Origin: a bacterium | GTDB lineage: Bacteria; Zixibacteria; MSB-5A5; GN15; FEB-12 | Direction: 5' to 3' | Length of the DNA: 41,213 nt | Assembly: GCA_043811375.1 (NCBI GenBank) | Contig: JBDRNJ010000022.1 | Location: 1-41,213 of the forward strand | Part shown: piece by piece, positions 16,543-26,424 of the stretch | Numbering within the stretch: the first letter of the stretch is position 1 | How the letters are laid out: the number at the start of each line of letters is the position of its first letter | Program-made: the position numbers and the translations under genes | The notes under the pieces: model-generated | The model's input: the letters and a program-made list of their open reading frames with translations, nothing else | Database searches by the model: none | Told to the model about the DNA's origin: nothing

Positions 16543-17789
16543 CAGGCACCGGCTTCTTCAGGCTGGAGTCGTCCGTGGGCGGTATTGATCTCAATCGGTG
16601 GTGGTTGATAGAGTCCGACAAGCGCAAAGACGATCACGATATACCAGAACAGTTGTGTATTGAAATTGGCATTGAACAGCATGGCCAGAAAGATCACCAC
16701 CGCCAGCGAGAACTTGCGGCCGCTGATCAACCGAAGCAACAGAACGATCACCAGCGACGCTCCGATCAGACCGTAGTCATAGAGGAAGGCCGGTATGAAT
16801 CCGGTCCGTACGGTGTCTCCATCGGGGTGCACATGACTGAGAAAGGTATCCGTCATGAAAGAAGTGGACGCCATGGCGCCATGGCCAAGATAGCAGTGGT
16901 AGTCGGCCGGGTTCAAAGAGTTAAAGTACTCGGTAAAGGGAGCAATGCGCAAAAACAGGCTGGAGTCAATATCATTGAGGTCAAGGGCACTTAGAATCTG
17001 CCCGGATACCAGGGCCTGGGCGATGCGTACAACCCTGCTGCCACTGTCCACCACCGTCTGAAAGTCTGCCATCACAGCCACCAGCAGTAAGGTTGCCGGC
17101 AGCAGATAGAAGATCCGTCGAGGTAACTCACGGTAAGCTATCACTCCTGCTACTGCTACAGCCAGGAGATAACCATAGATGGAACTGAACGCGACCACCT
17201 GGTACAACACCAGTGCTGAATAGAGCAACAACTGCCGCCGACTTGCCGCCCCCGGCAGAGAATACCAGCCAAGAAAAGAGACCAGGACCACAAAGGCAGC
17301 GTAGGACGGCTCCGAGGAAAAGCCATAGTATCTCACAACTCCGATTCGCTCATCGTACAGACGGTGAAAGATGTTTCCAAGAACATCATCCGCTGCGCCC
17401 GTCATCACCAGCACCTGAGAAATTACGACATTGGCAAAATAAAGAATGATTACAGCCCTGAGAGTGCGGCTGAATGTCTCGACCGGCAGGTAACGTCGGC
17501 AATTCATCAACACCAGGAAGGTCAGAAGAAAAATGCCCGAATAGATCACCGATGTCAATTTGGCATCGTGCAGATTGATCAGAGAACTAAGACAGATATA
17601 GGCGGCGATCACCCAGACACCAAAAAGCTTGACGCGACCACGCCAGATAAAGAAATAGATTGCTGCCAGCGTTAGGGCCGGCACCGAAACAAGCAGGAAA
17701 ATCGAAACCGGTACCTCACCAATGGTCATAAGAGTTATGGCCGTACAGGCAAGAGTCAGAATGAGAGCAACGGCGATCGGTTTGATCAT
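16542..17789 (-). CDS. Putative Wzy polysaccharide polymerase (415 aa)
   Basis: About 10-11 TM segments, RYYGFSSEPS motif, large periplasmic loop, LYDYGLIG; position within the locus. Confidence 0.7.
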   Translation of the reverse strand: MIKPIAVALILTLACTAITLMTIGEVPVSIFLLVSVPALTLAAIYFFIWRGRVKLFGVWVIAAYICLSSLINLHDAKLTSVIYSGIFLLTFLVLMNCRRYLPVETFSRTLRAVIILYFANVVISQVLVMTGAADDVLGNIFHRLYDERIGVVRYYGFSSEPSYAAFVVLVSFLGWYSLPGAASRRQLLLYSALVLYQVVAFSSIYGYLLAVAVAGVIAYRELPRRIFYLLPATLLLVAVMADFQTVVDSGSRVVRIAQALVSGQILSALDLNDIDSSLFLRIAPFTEYFNSLNPADYHCYLGHGAMASTSFMTDTFLSHVHPDGDTVRTGFIPAFLYDYGLIGASLVIVLLLRLISGRKFSLAVVIFLAMLFNANFNTQLFWYIVIVFALVGLYQPPPIEINTAHGRLQPEEAGA

Positions 17790-19126
17790 GCCGTTACCTG
17801 CCTCACGGCAGCAGCGAGAGAACTGATGTTATCCGGGTGCATACAGAGGTTGTCGGATAGAGGATCGGAGATGATGCCGGGAAAACTGTGCTGCATCACG
17901 TAAGACTGAAGTTCGGCGGTATCGCCCGATACCTCGGGTATGATATCATAGATGTTGCGCGCTTTCCGGAGATCCTCCAGTCCGACGTGACGGCAATGCG
18001 GCGCCCGATTAAAGAACGTCGGCGCCAGGGTGACCGCCGGTTTCCCCAGCAGAGCCGCCTCGTACGCTACCGTACCCGATACCGTAACCACCAGTTCACT
18101 GCGCTGGATGATCTCATGCGAGTCTTCGTCTTCACGGATGAAATAAAGGTTGGGCAATCGTGCCAACCGGCGGTAGAACCCCGGTCCGCGATCACCGATG
18201 GCATTGCTGTGTTCCTTGACCAGCACCAGCCAGTCATCGGGAGTAATTCGCCAGAGGTTCAAGATATTTACTTGCTGGTCTTCGTAATAGCGTCCGATCA
18301 CGTCAATCGAAGCCTCCGGTTGCTTATGCAGCGCCAGAAAGACGAACTTCCTCTCCCCCACCTCCGTCAGTGACAGACGTTTAACGAAGCGGTACAGCTC
18401 ACGGTTCACCTCTTCCCCGCCCCGCTTAAGAAGGCGGACCCATCGACGCTTGATCAGTGTCGGGTCGTGTGCATCGATATTCTCGCCCGTCACAAAACGT
18501 TTCATTTTTTTAAGACGTTCCGGCAGTGATCGCGAATGTTGCAGCAACTGGTCGTTACCGGCCAGATAATCCGGCTTCTCGATGGCGATAGTTTTCTCCG
18601 ATGTCGGCCACGGTTTATCTCCCGGCACCGGCAACATCTGAGACTCACACTCATCGGTGAAAAATGCGAAGCGGCCGTTGGGGATACGAATGCCGGCCGG
18701 GTTCAGAAACCGGCAGCGCAGTTCGGAGCGCTGCTCGACCAGGCGACGGATCAGTAGTTCGTGAGCCCAAGTCAATTCCCCGAAGACGTAGTGTATGCTG
18801 TTGGTTTGTATGAAATCATATATCGGCTTCTGGATATGCAGCAGGTATTTCACACCCTCATCGGGAATATGCTCCAGCGCTCGATCACCATAGACCAGTT
18901 CGTTGAGCTTAAACTCGCCAATTTTGTCGCCGGGAAGGGCAATGTACTTCTTATTGAGGTATAACAAACATTCGGAATCATATCGCTGCAGGAGGTGTTC
19001 CCGTAATTTGTGATTCACAACGATCCAGTACACGGACCGACCCGCCTCCTGCAACTGCTGCGCCACGGCATCAAACAGAAAAGTCTTGCTGTAGTTGGAG
19101 ATGAAGCAAAGGTTACTTCCTGACAA
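17786..19126 (-). CDS. Capsule_synth/KpsS-like glycosyltransferase, candidate pseudaminyltransferase (446 aa)
   Basis: FLALHKQPEASID, LVKEHS, VVTVSGTVAYEAALLGKP motifs of KpsS/KpsC-like ulosonate transferases. Confidence 0.7.
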   Translation of the reverse strand: MSGSNLCFISNYSKTFLFDAVAQQLQEAGRSVYWIVVNHKLREHLLQRYDSECLLYLNKKYIALPGDKIGEFKLNELVYGDRALEHIPDEGVKYLLHIQKPIYDFIQTNSIHYVFGELTWAHELLIRRLVEQRSELRCRFLNPAGIRIPNGRFAFFTDECESQMLPVPGDKPWPTSEKTIAIEKPDYLAGNDQLLQHSRSLPERLKKMKRFVTGENIDAHDPTLIKRRWVRLLKRGGEEVNRELYRFVKRLSLTEVGERKFVFLALHKQPEASIDVIGRYYEDQQVNILNLWRITPDDWLVLVKEHSNAIGDRGPGFYRRLARLPNLYFIREDEDSHEIIQRSELVVTVSGTVAYEAALLGKPAVTLAPTFFNRAPHCRHVGLEDLRKARNIYDIIPEVSGDTAELQSYVMQHSFPGIISDPLSDNLCMHPDNISSLAAAVRQVTA

Positions 19127-19841
19127 AGCGTCCTCCCCGGTGTTCTACAACACTGTCTTCCCCGGCCAGTGATCGAGCGTCGGACTTGCGCTGCAGGTTA
19201 GACGATACGTAGAAGCCGCTTTCGGATATTGTTCGGGAGACAACGGTACCGGCGCCAACGGAGACTTCATCAACAATCGACACGCCCTGTAGAATCAGGC
19301 AGTGCGAACCAATATAAACGTGATTCCCGATGGTTACCGGTGCCTGCAGACGAACGTGCTGCAAATCAAAACCATGAGTCCAGATTTCCGAAGCGATACC
19401 GCCGAAAGTGACATCATCACCGATGGTAACGGTGTCGGATACGTCGATCGAATGCTTGCGCGTGATGAAAGTCCCCGCTCCGATGAACAAGTTCTGACTG
19501 TCGGCAAAAGGAGATTCGCCGGGACGGCTGCCGGTCACGGTGTTTTTGGACACTACCGCCGATCCGGCTCCAATACGCAATTCATTGACGTACAGAAATT
19601 TGTTGAGAACCCTCACTTCGCTCCCGGGGTGCATCTTCAAATGACCAACATTGAAGTAGTTGAGTTTACCGATAGTAACACCACGCAACCGGCAACTTCC
19701 CAGACAGAGATAGTTGCCGGGACCAATCCGGCAATCATAGGTGATGTCATAACGAAGAAGTGTCCGGTACAAAAACACCCTGATAGCATTAAACGGCATA
19801 CAGGCAATGAAGACGAGTGTGATGCTTTTCAGTCCTGGCAT
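19113..19841 (-). CDS. Hexapeptide-repeat (LbH) acyltransferase (242 aa)
   Basis: VTIGDDVTF..IWTH..APVTIGNHVYIG..GVSI..VGAGTVV. Confidence 0.85.
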   Translation of the reverse strand: MPGLKSITLVFIACMPFNAIRVFLYRTLLRYDITYDCRIGPGNYLCLGSCRLRGVTIGKLNYFNVGHLKMHPGSEVRVLNKFLYVNELRIGAGSAVVSKNTVTGSRPGESPFADSQNLFIGAGTFITRKHSIDVSDTVTIGDDVTFGGIASEIWTHGFDLQHVRLQAPVTIGNHVYIGSHCLILQGVSIVDEVSVGAGTVVSRTISESGFYVSSNLQRKSDARSLAGEDSVVEHRGGRFVRK

Positions 19842-21055
19842 ATCTGACCAAACCCGGATCGCAGAAACCATAGTACCATGACCAGGTTACAGACCATCCC
19901 GGTCACCATCCCAAGGGAAATTGTATATAGCGGCGTTCCCGGGTTCAACAATAAAACTGTTACAAAAATCAGCGCGGCAACGACAGAAAACAGCAGAATA
20001 TAGAGGTTTTTATTCATGCGATTAATGTATAACTCGAAGTATGCCACGTAACACCATGCCACTGTGTATATAACAATCATCACGGTAACGGCGTTAATAT
20101 CGACCGTAAACGACAGGTTGAGAAACTTGATAGCGGCCAGGCCGCCAAACACCAGCAGGATGCTGACCGACATCATGGTGGTGTACAGAGCCAGCACTTT
20201 CCGGCTTATCTCAGCCTTAGTATCAATGAAGATTCTCTTGGACAGGTACCCCACTGCCGAGGCATGGGCCAGTTGGATGATAATTGCTACCCGCTGCACA
20301 AACGAAATCTGAAACATCTCTTCCTGGGAAAGGAAATTGCGGGCATAGATCTTGCCGTAGTTGCTGATAAACATGAACAGGAAGATGTTGAGAATAATCG
20401 GCCAGGCAAAAGCCAGTGACTGCCGTAGGTAACCAAGTAAACCGGCTAGATTTATCCGCGACCGCTGCGTAACATAATAGACAAAGGTTACCGCCAGCAA
20501 CGCTGCCTGGCCAACGAACAGGTAGATCAGATCGATACCGCCCAGAACACTCCGGGCCAGAATCAGCAGTAGTATCGTAATGGTGCTAACGGTAATGGAG
20601 AAGGCAAACACTTTGGCCGGTCTGTCGATCAGGCGATAGTAGATAACAAAGAATGCCATAAAGAACATATAAATCGTTCGGATAAAAATATAGAGCCAGG
20701 TGAGAGTGACCTCGACTCCGGCCAGAGCCGCCACCGACAGCAGTGCCAAACCGAGCAATTCATAAGCCGCCAGTTGCAACAGGAACCAGCCCCGAACATC
20801 AGATACCAGCCGCTTGCGATCGGCTGCCTGCCGGTAGGCATAGAGAAAATATTTGCTGACACCGAGTTCAATGGCCACGGCGGCAACAGCGGCGATGGAG
20901 TATATGTATTCAATTTCATTATAGAGGGCTTTGTCCCTGAAGGCATAGAGTACCAACAGGGGTATGGCAAAGGTGAGAGACTTATCCAGGTAATTCAGCA
21001 CGGTGTAGCTGATCAACCCGGACTGTGCGTGAATCAGATCGCCATATCGAGTCAT
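19829..21055 (-). CDS. Wzx-like flippase (408 aa)
   Basis: About 12 TM segments, ELG motif after TM2, SLAFAWPII; position within the locus. Confidence 0.75.
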   Translation of the reverse strand: MTRYGDLIHAQSGLISYTVLNYLDKSLTFAIPLLVLYAFRDKALYNEIEYIYSIAAVAAVAIELGVSKYFLYAYRQAADRKRLVSDVRGWFLLQLAAYELLGLALLSVAALAGVEVTLTWLYIFIRTIYMFFMAFFVIYYRLIDRPAKVFAFSITVSTITILLLILARSVLGGIDLIYLFVGQAALLAVTFVYYVTQRSRINLAGLLGYLRQSLAFAWPIILNIFLFMFISNYGKIYARNFLSQEEMFQISFVQRVAIIIQLAHASAVGYLSKRIFIDTKAEISRKVLALYTTMMSVSILLVFGGLAAIKFLNLSFTVDINAVTVMIVIYTVAWCYVAYFELYINRMNKNLYILLFSVVAALIFVTVLLLNPGTPLYTISLGMVTGMVCNLVMVLWFLRSGFGQICQD

Positions 21056-22914
21056 GCCGGTGGGTCCTGAGACCGGTGGTGTGTAACCGCGCCGACCTGG
21101 TCACCCTGGTATTGGAGTGTCTCGGTTTTGAAGAGACAGAGAGTGGCCAGGGTGTAGATTTTCAACAGGTACTTCTCGTCCTGATAAACCCAGCGACCGG
21201 GGTGCAGGAAGGGCAGCACGGTTTTATACTGTCCATATTTTCGCAGGAACGAATCATCACTGCCCAGATCCCGACGGATTATATCGTCGATGATTCTCCC
21301 CAGGGCTCCGTTAAACAGCAGGTACATGCTGCTGGATACTGCTTTCTGCCGAAAGAAGATATCGTCGTTCAGCCGATCCCGAAACGCCATCCGCAGCAGG
21401 TACTTGTTTATCAGCACCCGATCGGTGGTATATCGATCGTGGCCGACTATAAACCGCGTGGCCTGTCGAAAAGGTATCGCCGAAGAGAATTCTGCCAACT
21501 GGGGGTCATAGAAGGGCATGGCGATATAAGTTCCTCGCAGACGGGCCAGGTCCTGAAGATAGCGGATGTCATCGGTATACTGTTGCTGCCACTTGAGTCT
21601 GACTATCTCGTTGTACAATTGACGCTGTGTGCGAATTCTGTTGATATCAAGCGTGAAGAAATCCCGGGCAGCTTCATAGTAAGATCGCCAGGGACCGTCG
21701 GCCGGGAAATCTTCAGGGCAAACATGAAAGAAATACTTCAGGAGGTAAACCGGCACATTCAGGGCATCCACGGCGCGACTGATGCCTCTCAGCCAGCGTC
21801 GATTGGAATGGACCAACGCCTCCGGTCGCACGGCCGACAGGACCCGATGCAGTCCCGACATTGCGGTCCGGCCGGAGGGTGATTGCCACAGCCCGAACAT
21901 GTGAAAGGCCAGTTTGTCGACGGGATTCAGGTCGGGTGTGTGCAGCCTGGTGTCCTGTCCGGCAAAGAAGGTCTGATGGTCCGATGGTCGGCCCAGGTTG
22001 CCGAAAATCCACATCCCCACGTAAGGGTTGTTCATAGCCGGAACCCGGCTCTCAAAATCGGCGAAGTTGTTCTCGTCTTCGGGGTCAACCTCGACAATAT
22101 CACATTTGACACCCAGGTGATCGGCGATGCTGCGGGCGTAGACCGTCTCGTCTTCGTCGGTCCCCTTTACTTGGAAGGAAACGGCCCGTACCCGATCGGG
22201 CGCCACCTCGTGAAGCGCAATCAACATTACCGCCGAGTCCAGCCCGCCCGACAGGAGGACGACATTGTCGGCGGCAGCCTGCCGTTCGTGAGCGGCTACG
22301 ATGTTATCACGCAGGAGTAGAACATTGTCTTTGAAAGAAAGTCCGTTGTCGGCATCGGCCAGCTTCAGCCGCCGTTGCCCTCTATCGATGACCGTCGGAC
22401 TATCGTCGAACGTCATAGTTGCACCGATCAACACTTCCCGCACGTCACGGTAATACGTAAAGCCGTCAAAAGTGTAATTGAGGTAAAGCAGTTGATGGAT
22501 AGTGTTGTCGTCGAATTCAGTGGCACCACTTTCGCGGGCTACCTGGTGCACATTGTTGCCCACACACAGAAAACCGGTGCGGATGCCGTAGTAGCCGCTC
22601 TTGATCCCGGCCACATCTCTCAACAAGGTGATCTTCCTGCCGATTTTATCCACCAGCACCGCGAAGTAAGTAACCAGCGGCAACGACTTGACCTCGCGGC
22701 CATCGGCCAGGTCTATTGAAAGCTGCCGGACCAACCTCTCGATAACGTTGCGCCGAGACTGATCAAAAGTCGTATCCAGCAGCAGAATCAGCCGGTCATC
22801 TTCGTAGCAGTACTCAGTATCGTCAACCTGATATTGAATACCGGTATCCCCGGTCCGACACCAACGGTATCCTGCCCGTTGGCGGACGTCACTTCTCTCA
22901 GCTACCAGCAGCAT
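21052..22914 (-). CDS. Asparagine-synthase-related ATP-dependent amide-forming enzyme with degenerate Ntn domain (620 aa)
   Basis: LLRDVAGIKSGYY, PP-loop LLSGGLDS, MPFYDPQL, KYLLRMAF..RQK; no N-terminal Cys nucleophile. Confidence 0.8.
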   Translation of the reverse strand: MLLVAERSDVRQRAGYRWCRTGDTGIQYQVDDTEYCYEDDRLILLLDTTFDQSRRNVIERLVRQLSIDLADGREVKSLPLVTYFAVLVDKIGRKITLLRDVAGIKSGYYGIRTGFLCVGNNVHQVARESGATEFDDNTIHQLLYLNYTFDGFTYYRDVREVLIGATMTFDDSPTVIDRGQRRLKLADADNGLSFKDNVLLLRDNIVAAHERQAAADNVVLLSGGLDSAVMLIALHEVAPDRVRAVSFQVKGTDEDETVYARSIADHLGVKCDIVEVDPEDENNFADFESRVPAMNNPYVGMWIFGNLGRPSDHQTFFAGQDTRLHTPDLNPVDKLAFHMFGLWQSPSGRTAMSGLHRVLSAVRPEALVHSNRRWLRGISRAVDALNVPVYLLKYFFHVCPEDFPADGPWRSYYEAARDFFTLDINRIRTQRQLYNEIVRLKWQQQYTDDIRYLQDLARLRGTYIAMPFYDPQLAEFSSAIPFRQATRFIVGHDRYTTDRVLINKYLLRMAFRDRLNDDIFFRQKAVSSSMYLLFNGALGRIIDDIIRRDLGSDDSFLRKYGQYKTVLPFLHPGRWVYQDEKYLLKIYTLATLCLFKTETLQYQGDQVGAVTHHRSQDPPA

Positions 22915-22926
22915 GGTCAGTGCCGT

Positions 22927-23991
22927 TTATTTCCCATCGGAGAGCAAATCCCAGTTCACCGGTGTTCCCCTTTTGATATCTCGGGATGCCTTCCTGCCCA
23001 GGAACACTTCAAAGTATTTAGTCGGCAGACCCAATCCGGGTCTGATGGCACGCAGGTTTTCAGGCGTGAACTCCTGCCCGGCTTTGACGTCGGCGACTAC
23101 ATAAAGTGAGCGTCGAAACTGCAGCGATTTCTTTTCCTTTTCGGTCCGGCCGTAGTGAACCCGGCCCAGCGCCTGCCAGGCGCGTTCGCATTCGAGCACC
23201 AGTTGCCGCAACTCAAGCGGCTCCAGGGAAAAGGCTGAGTCGACGCCACCATCGGCTCGCGCCAGGGTAAAGTGTTTTTCAATGACCGTGGCGCCGAGCG
23301 CCACGGCGGCCACGGCCACGCCGATACCCAGCGTATGATCCGACAGGCCCACTTGCACGTCAAACAGGTCACGCAGGTGAGGAATGGTCAGGATATTGGT
23401 ATTCTCCGGCGAGGCCGGGTAGCTGGATGTGCATTTCAGCAGTATAATATCCCGGCAGCCGGCCTCTCTCGCCGCGCGCACCGTCTCATCGAGTTCGGCC
23501 ACCGTGGCCATGCCGGTGGATATGATCATCGGTTTGCCGGTGGCGGCTACCTTGCGAATCAACGGCAGATCAACGTTTTCAAACGATGCAATCTTGTAGG
23601 CGGGTGCCCGGAGGTTTTCAAGGAAGTCAACCGCAGTGTCGTCAAAGGGCGTGCTGAAAACGATCAGGCCGAGCTCTTGCCCGCGCTCGAATATCGGCTG
23701 GTGCCATTCCCACGGCGTACAGGCCTGGGCGTACAAATTGTAGAGCGACGTGCCCTGCCAGAGGCTGTCGGGGTCATCGATACGAAACTCTCTCTCATCC
23801 AGATCAATCGTCATCGTGTCCGGTGTGTATGTCTGGAGCTTGAGGGCATGAGCACCGGCTTTTGCGGCTGCCTCGACTATCTGAAGTGCCCGTTCAAGCG
23901 ACTGATTATGATTGCCGGACATCTCGGCGACGATAAAGGGATGGTGCTCGGACCCGACTGTATGATGACCTATCTGTATTGCTTGTGGCAT
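22927..23991 (-). CDS. pseI: Pseudaminic acid synthase (354 aa)
   Basis: AEMSGNHN, KLQTYTPDT, YKIASFE, LLKCTSSYP, GLSDHTLG, IEKHFTL..DSAFSL, C-terminal SAF domain; GGAGG RBS. Confidence 0.95.
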   Translation of the reverse strand: MPQAIQIGHHTVGSEHHPFIVAEMSGNHNQSLERALQIVEAAAKAGAHALKLQTYTPDTMTIDLDEREFRIDDPDSLWQGTSLYNLYAQACTPWEWHQPIFERGQELGLIVFSTPFDDTAVDFLENLRAPAYKIASFENVDLPLIRKVAATGKPMIISTGMATVAELDETVRAAREAGCRDIILLKCTSSYPASPENTNILTIPHLRDLFDVQVGLSDHTLGIGVAVAAVALGATVIEKHFTLARADGGVDSAFSLEPLELRQLVLECERAWQALGRVHYGRTEKEKKSLQFRRSLYVVADVKAGQEFTPENLRAIRPGLGLPTKYFEVFLGRKASRDIKRGTPVNWDLLSDGK

Positions 23992-24002
23992 TGGCCTCCT
24001 CC

Positions 24003-24581
24003 TTACGCCGGCTGCAAAGCCTTTCCCGTCAACTGCGCAACGGGCGTATCCCATCCTTGAGTAAGCAGATGTTCAAACCGCGCTCGGTCGCGCATGCGGT
24101 GGCAACTTCCTCCTTCCGGTTGCGGGAACGAGCGGCGTCGCCCTGACCGAATCTCCGGCCAGACCTCCCGAAACAAATTTTCAATGGCTCTGGAAAGTTC
24201 TTCATAGGTTGAACGTAGAGTAGCATCCGGAGGATAAGTAACTTCTTGCTGTGCGAGAATATCGCCGGTGTCTACGCCCTCATCAATGTAATGTATTGTC
24301 ACACCCTTGGGCGTATCTTCAAGAAAGCTCCACAGATTGGGATCCGCCCCACGATTGAACGGCAGGTAAGATATGTGCAAGTTCACCAATCGGCCATGGA
24401 ACCTCCGGAGTACTGCTTCCCTAATAATATACCGGTAGCCGTAGCTAACAATGATATCAACACCGTCAAGTATGTCAGACCCGCCTGACAACCTCTCGTT
24501 GGTGATCTTTACCACATCACCGTACGACTCCAGGTATCCCACAAACTCCGGTCGCGGAGGACCGAGGAGGAGGATCATCAT
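24003..24581 (-). CDS. N10-formyl-THF-dependent sugar N-formyltransferase (PseJ-like, 192 aa)
   Basis: VSYGYRYII, NLHISYLPFNRGADPN, GVTIHYIDEGVDTGDI; ATGA-coupled to pseG. Confidence 0.88.
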   Translation of the reverse strand: MMILLLGPPRPEFVGYLESYGDVVKITNERLSGGSDILDGVDIIVSYGYRYIIREAVLRRFHGRLVNLHISYLPFNRGADPNLWSFLEDTPKGVTIHYIDEGVDTGDILAQQEVTYPPDATLRSTYEELSRAIENLFREVWPEIRSGRRRSFPQPEGGSCHRMRDRARFEHLLTQGWDTPVAQLTGKALQPA

Positions 24582-25690
24582 ATTGAAACCCTCTCCCCAC
24601 ACCGTTCATGGAGGATATTGCAGACGCGTCCAGCACCGCCCCCATCCACCAGACCGACAGCTTTCCTCCTCATGTCGCGGAGCACGAGAGGTTTATCCAC
24701 GAGTTTATTCAGTGCAGTACAAAAATTCTCAATCGTAACTTCCTCCCCCCTACCCAAATAAAGGACGGCTCCAAGCTGGTGTACTTGCTGTGCTATTTCG
24801 ATCTGATTCTCGGCAACGGCAATTACCAAAGCCGGCAGACCGAGGCAGCACCGCTCCCAAGTGGTGGTCCCACCGCCGCCAACAGCCAGATCAGCCCGGA
24901 CCATCAGCTCAGCCATATTCTCCACCTGGTAATGAAGCATGACATTTGGCATACTGCTGCTTGCAGCTTCAATTTGTTCCCGATGCAGATTGGCGCTACC
25001 CACTACTACATCAACGGTAATATCAGATCGTCCTGTCAAGTGAATGGCTTCAAGAGCCTTGGCGGTTTCGTTCGTTGTATCAACCCCACCAAAAAAGATC
25101 AGAATGCGATCAACCCTGTCATTTTTCTCCGGTATCACTTCTCGTGCTGCAATGAACTCCGGGCGCAGCAGAGCGTTCTGAGGTCCCAGCAACAACCGGC
25201 AATGGTCGGGCACCAGCCCGTCATAGCGATGTTCAAGGTTCTCGTACAGGTTCTGATCCAGCAGCAGGTCACAGTCATGTAACCGGTCAGCCAGGTCGTC
25301 AATTACCATGATTTGATTCACCAGCGGACGCAGAACCCGTTCCCAGGTGATGTCCAGGGCGTAATGATCCACTATCAACCAATCAGGTGCCCGAGGCAAG
25401 TCCGCCAGGAGAGATCGGGTCTGACCAACATCGACATCCCTAGGAACACTCAGCCAGGACAGATACTGCTTGCGCTGACCGGGATCATCAAAGGGATGAC
25501 CATCATGCGGAAGACGTTTGACTGTGAATCCCTTCCTCTTAATCATGTCACAGAGATGACCCGGAAACTCCCGACAGATAAAGGTGACCTGCGCTCCGTG
25601 CTCGCGCAGCAGGTGCGCCAGCGTCAGGCATCTCATGACATGCCCGGTGCCGATGCGGTGTGAAGCATCAGAGCGAACAACGATATTCAT
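24578..25690 (-). CDS. pseG: UDP-2,4-diacylamido-2,4,6-trideoxy-beta-L-altropyranose hydrolase (370 aa)
   Basis: RSDASHRIGTGHVMRCLTLA, IVDHY, VIDDLADR, FFGGVD, GGGTTTWERC, AENQ. Confidence 0.92.
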   Translation of the reverse strand: MNIVVRSDASHRIGTGHVMRCLTLAHLLREHGAQVTFICREFPGHLCDMIKRKGFTVKRLPHDGHPFDDPGQRKQYLSWLSVPRDVDVGQTRSLLADLPRAPDWLIVDHYALDITWERVLRPLVNQIMVIDDLADRLHDCDLLLDQNLYENLEHRYDGLVPDHCRLLLGPQNALLRPEFIAAREVIPEKNDRVDRILIFFGGVDTTNETAKALEAIHLTGRSDITVDVVVGSANLHREQIEAASSSMPNVMLHYQVENMAELMVRADLAVGGGGTTTWERCCLGLPALVIAVAENQIEIAQQVHQLGAVLYLGRGEEVTIENFCTALNKLVDKPLVLRDMRRKAVGLVDGGGAGRVCNILHERCGERVSI

Positions 25691-26424
25691 TGCCCATAAG
25701 CCTTCTGTTCTATGTGTGTATTGATTGCCGCCCAATCAGGATGCAGTTCCAGCAGTCTGAGGCAATCGTCAAGCGTAAAGGTCGCCTTGGCGGGATAGAG
25801 AGCTTCGATGATCCGTCTGGCGAGCTCAAAGTCCTCGGCCGTATCCACCGTCCACCGGTGGTGGCTGTGGTCTTTACCCAGAGACACGTTGGCCAACCGA
25901 TACCGCTCCGGCTGCCGATAGATGAAGGGGGTTACATGTTCGCGTTCCGGGCGAGTGGTGGCACTGATAAAGGCTTCATCAAGAACGCGATAAGAAAACA
26001 TCTCGCAGTCCATACCACGAGGATAGGTGCGTTTCAGTGTATTCGAGACATAGTCGTACTTTCCCGCTGTATCGCCATACTTCTCAATCACGGTATCGAT
26101 TACCTGCGGATCAATCAGCGGGCAATCGGCCGAAACCCGTGTTACCAAGTCGGCCTGGTGAATCCGAGCCGTTTCATGATAGCGAGACAGCACATCTTCT
26201 TCAGCACCGCGAAAGACTGCCACACCCATCCGTCGGCACAGGTCAACAATAGGCTCATCGGTAACATTGGTTGTGCAGGCGACAACCAACTCGTCCGCAC
26301 AGCGCACACGCAACAGCCTCTCCAATTGATATTCAAACATCGGCCTGCCCAATATCTGCTTAATTACTTTTCCCGGGAGGCGCGTCGACGTCATCCGTGC
26401 CTGGACAATAACGACCGTCTTCAT
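25687..26424 (-). CDS. Cytidylyltransferase (SpsF-type; fills the PseF role, CMP-Pse synthesis), 245 aa
   Basis: IVQARMTSTRLPGKV, RGAEEDVLSRY, RVSADCPLIDP, REHVTPFI, RWTVDTAEDF. Confidence 0.88.
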   Translation of the reverse strand: MKTVVIVQARMTSTRLPGKVIKQILGRPMFEYQLERLLRVRCADELVVACTTNVTDEPIVDLCRRMGVAVFRGAEEDVLSRYHETARIHQADLVTRVSADCPLIDPQVIDTVIEKYGDTAGKYDYVSNTLKRTYPRGMDCEMFSYRVLDEAFISATTRPEREHVTPFIYRQPERYRLANVSLGKDHSHHRWTVDTAEDFELARRIIEALYPAKATFTLDDCLRLLELHPDWAAINTHIEQKAYGQ

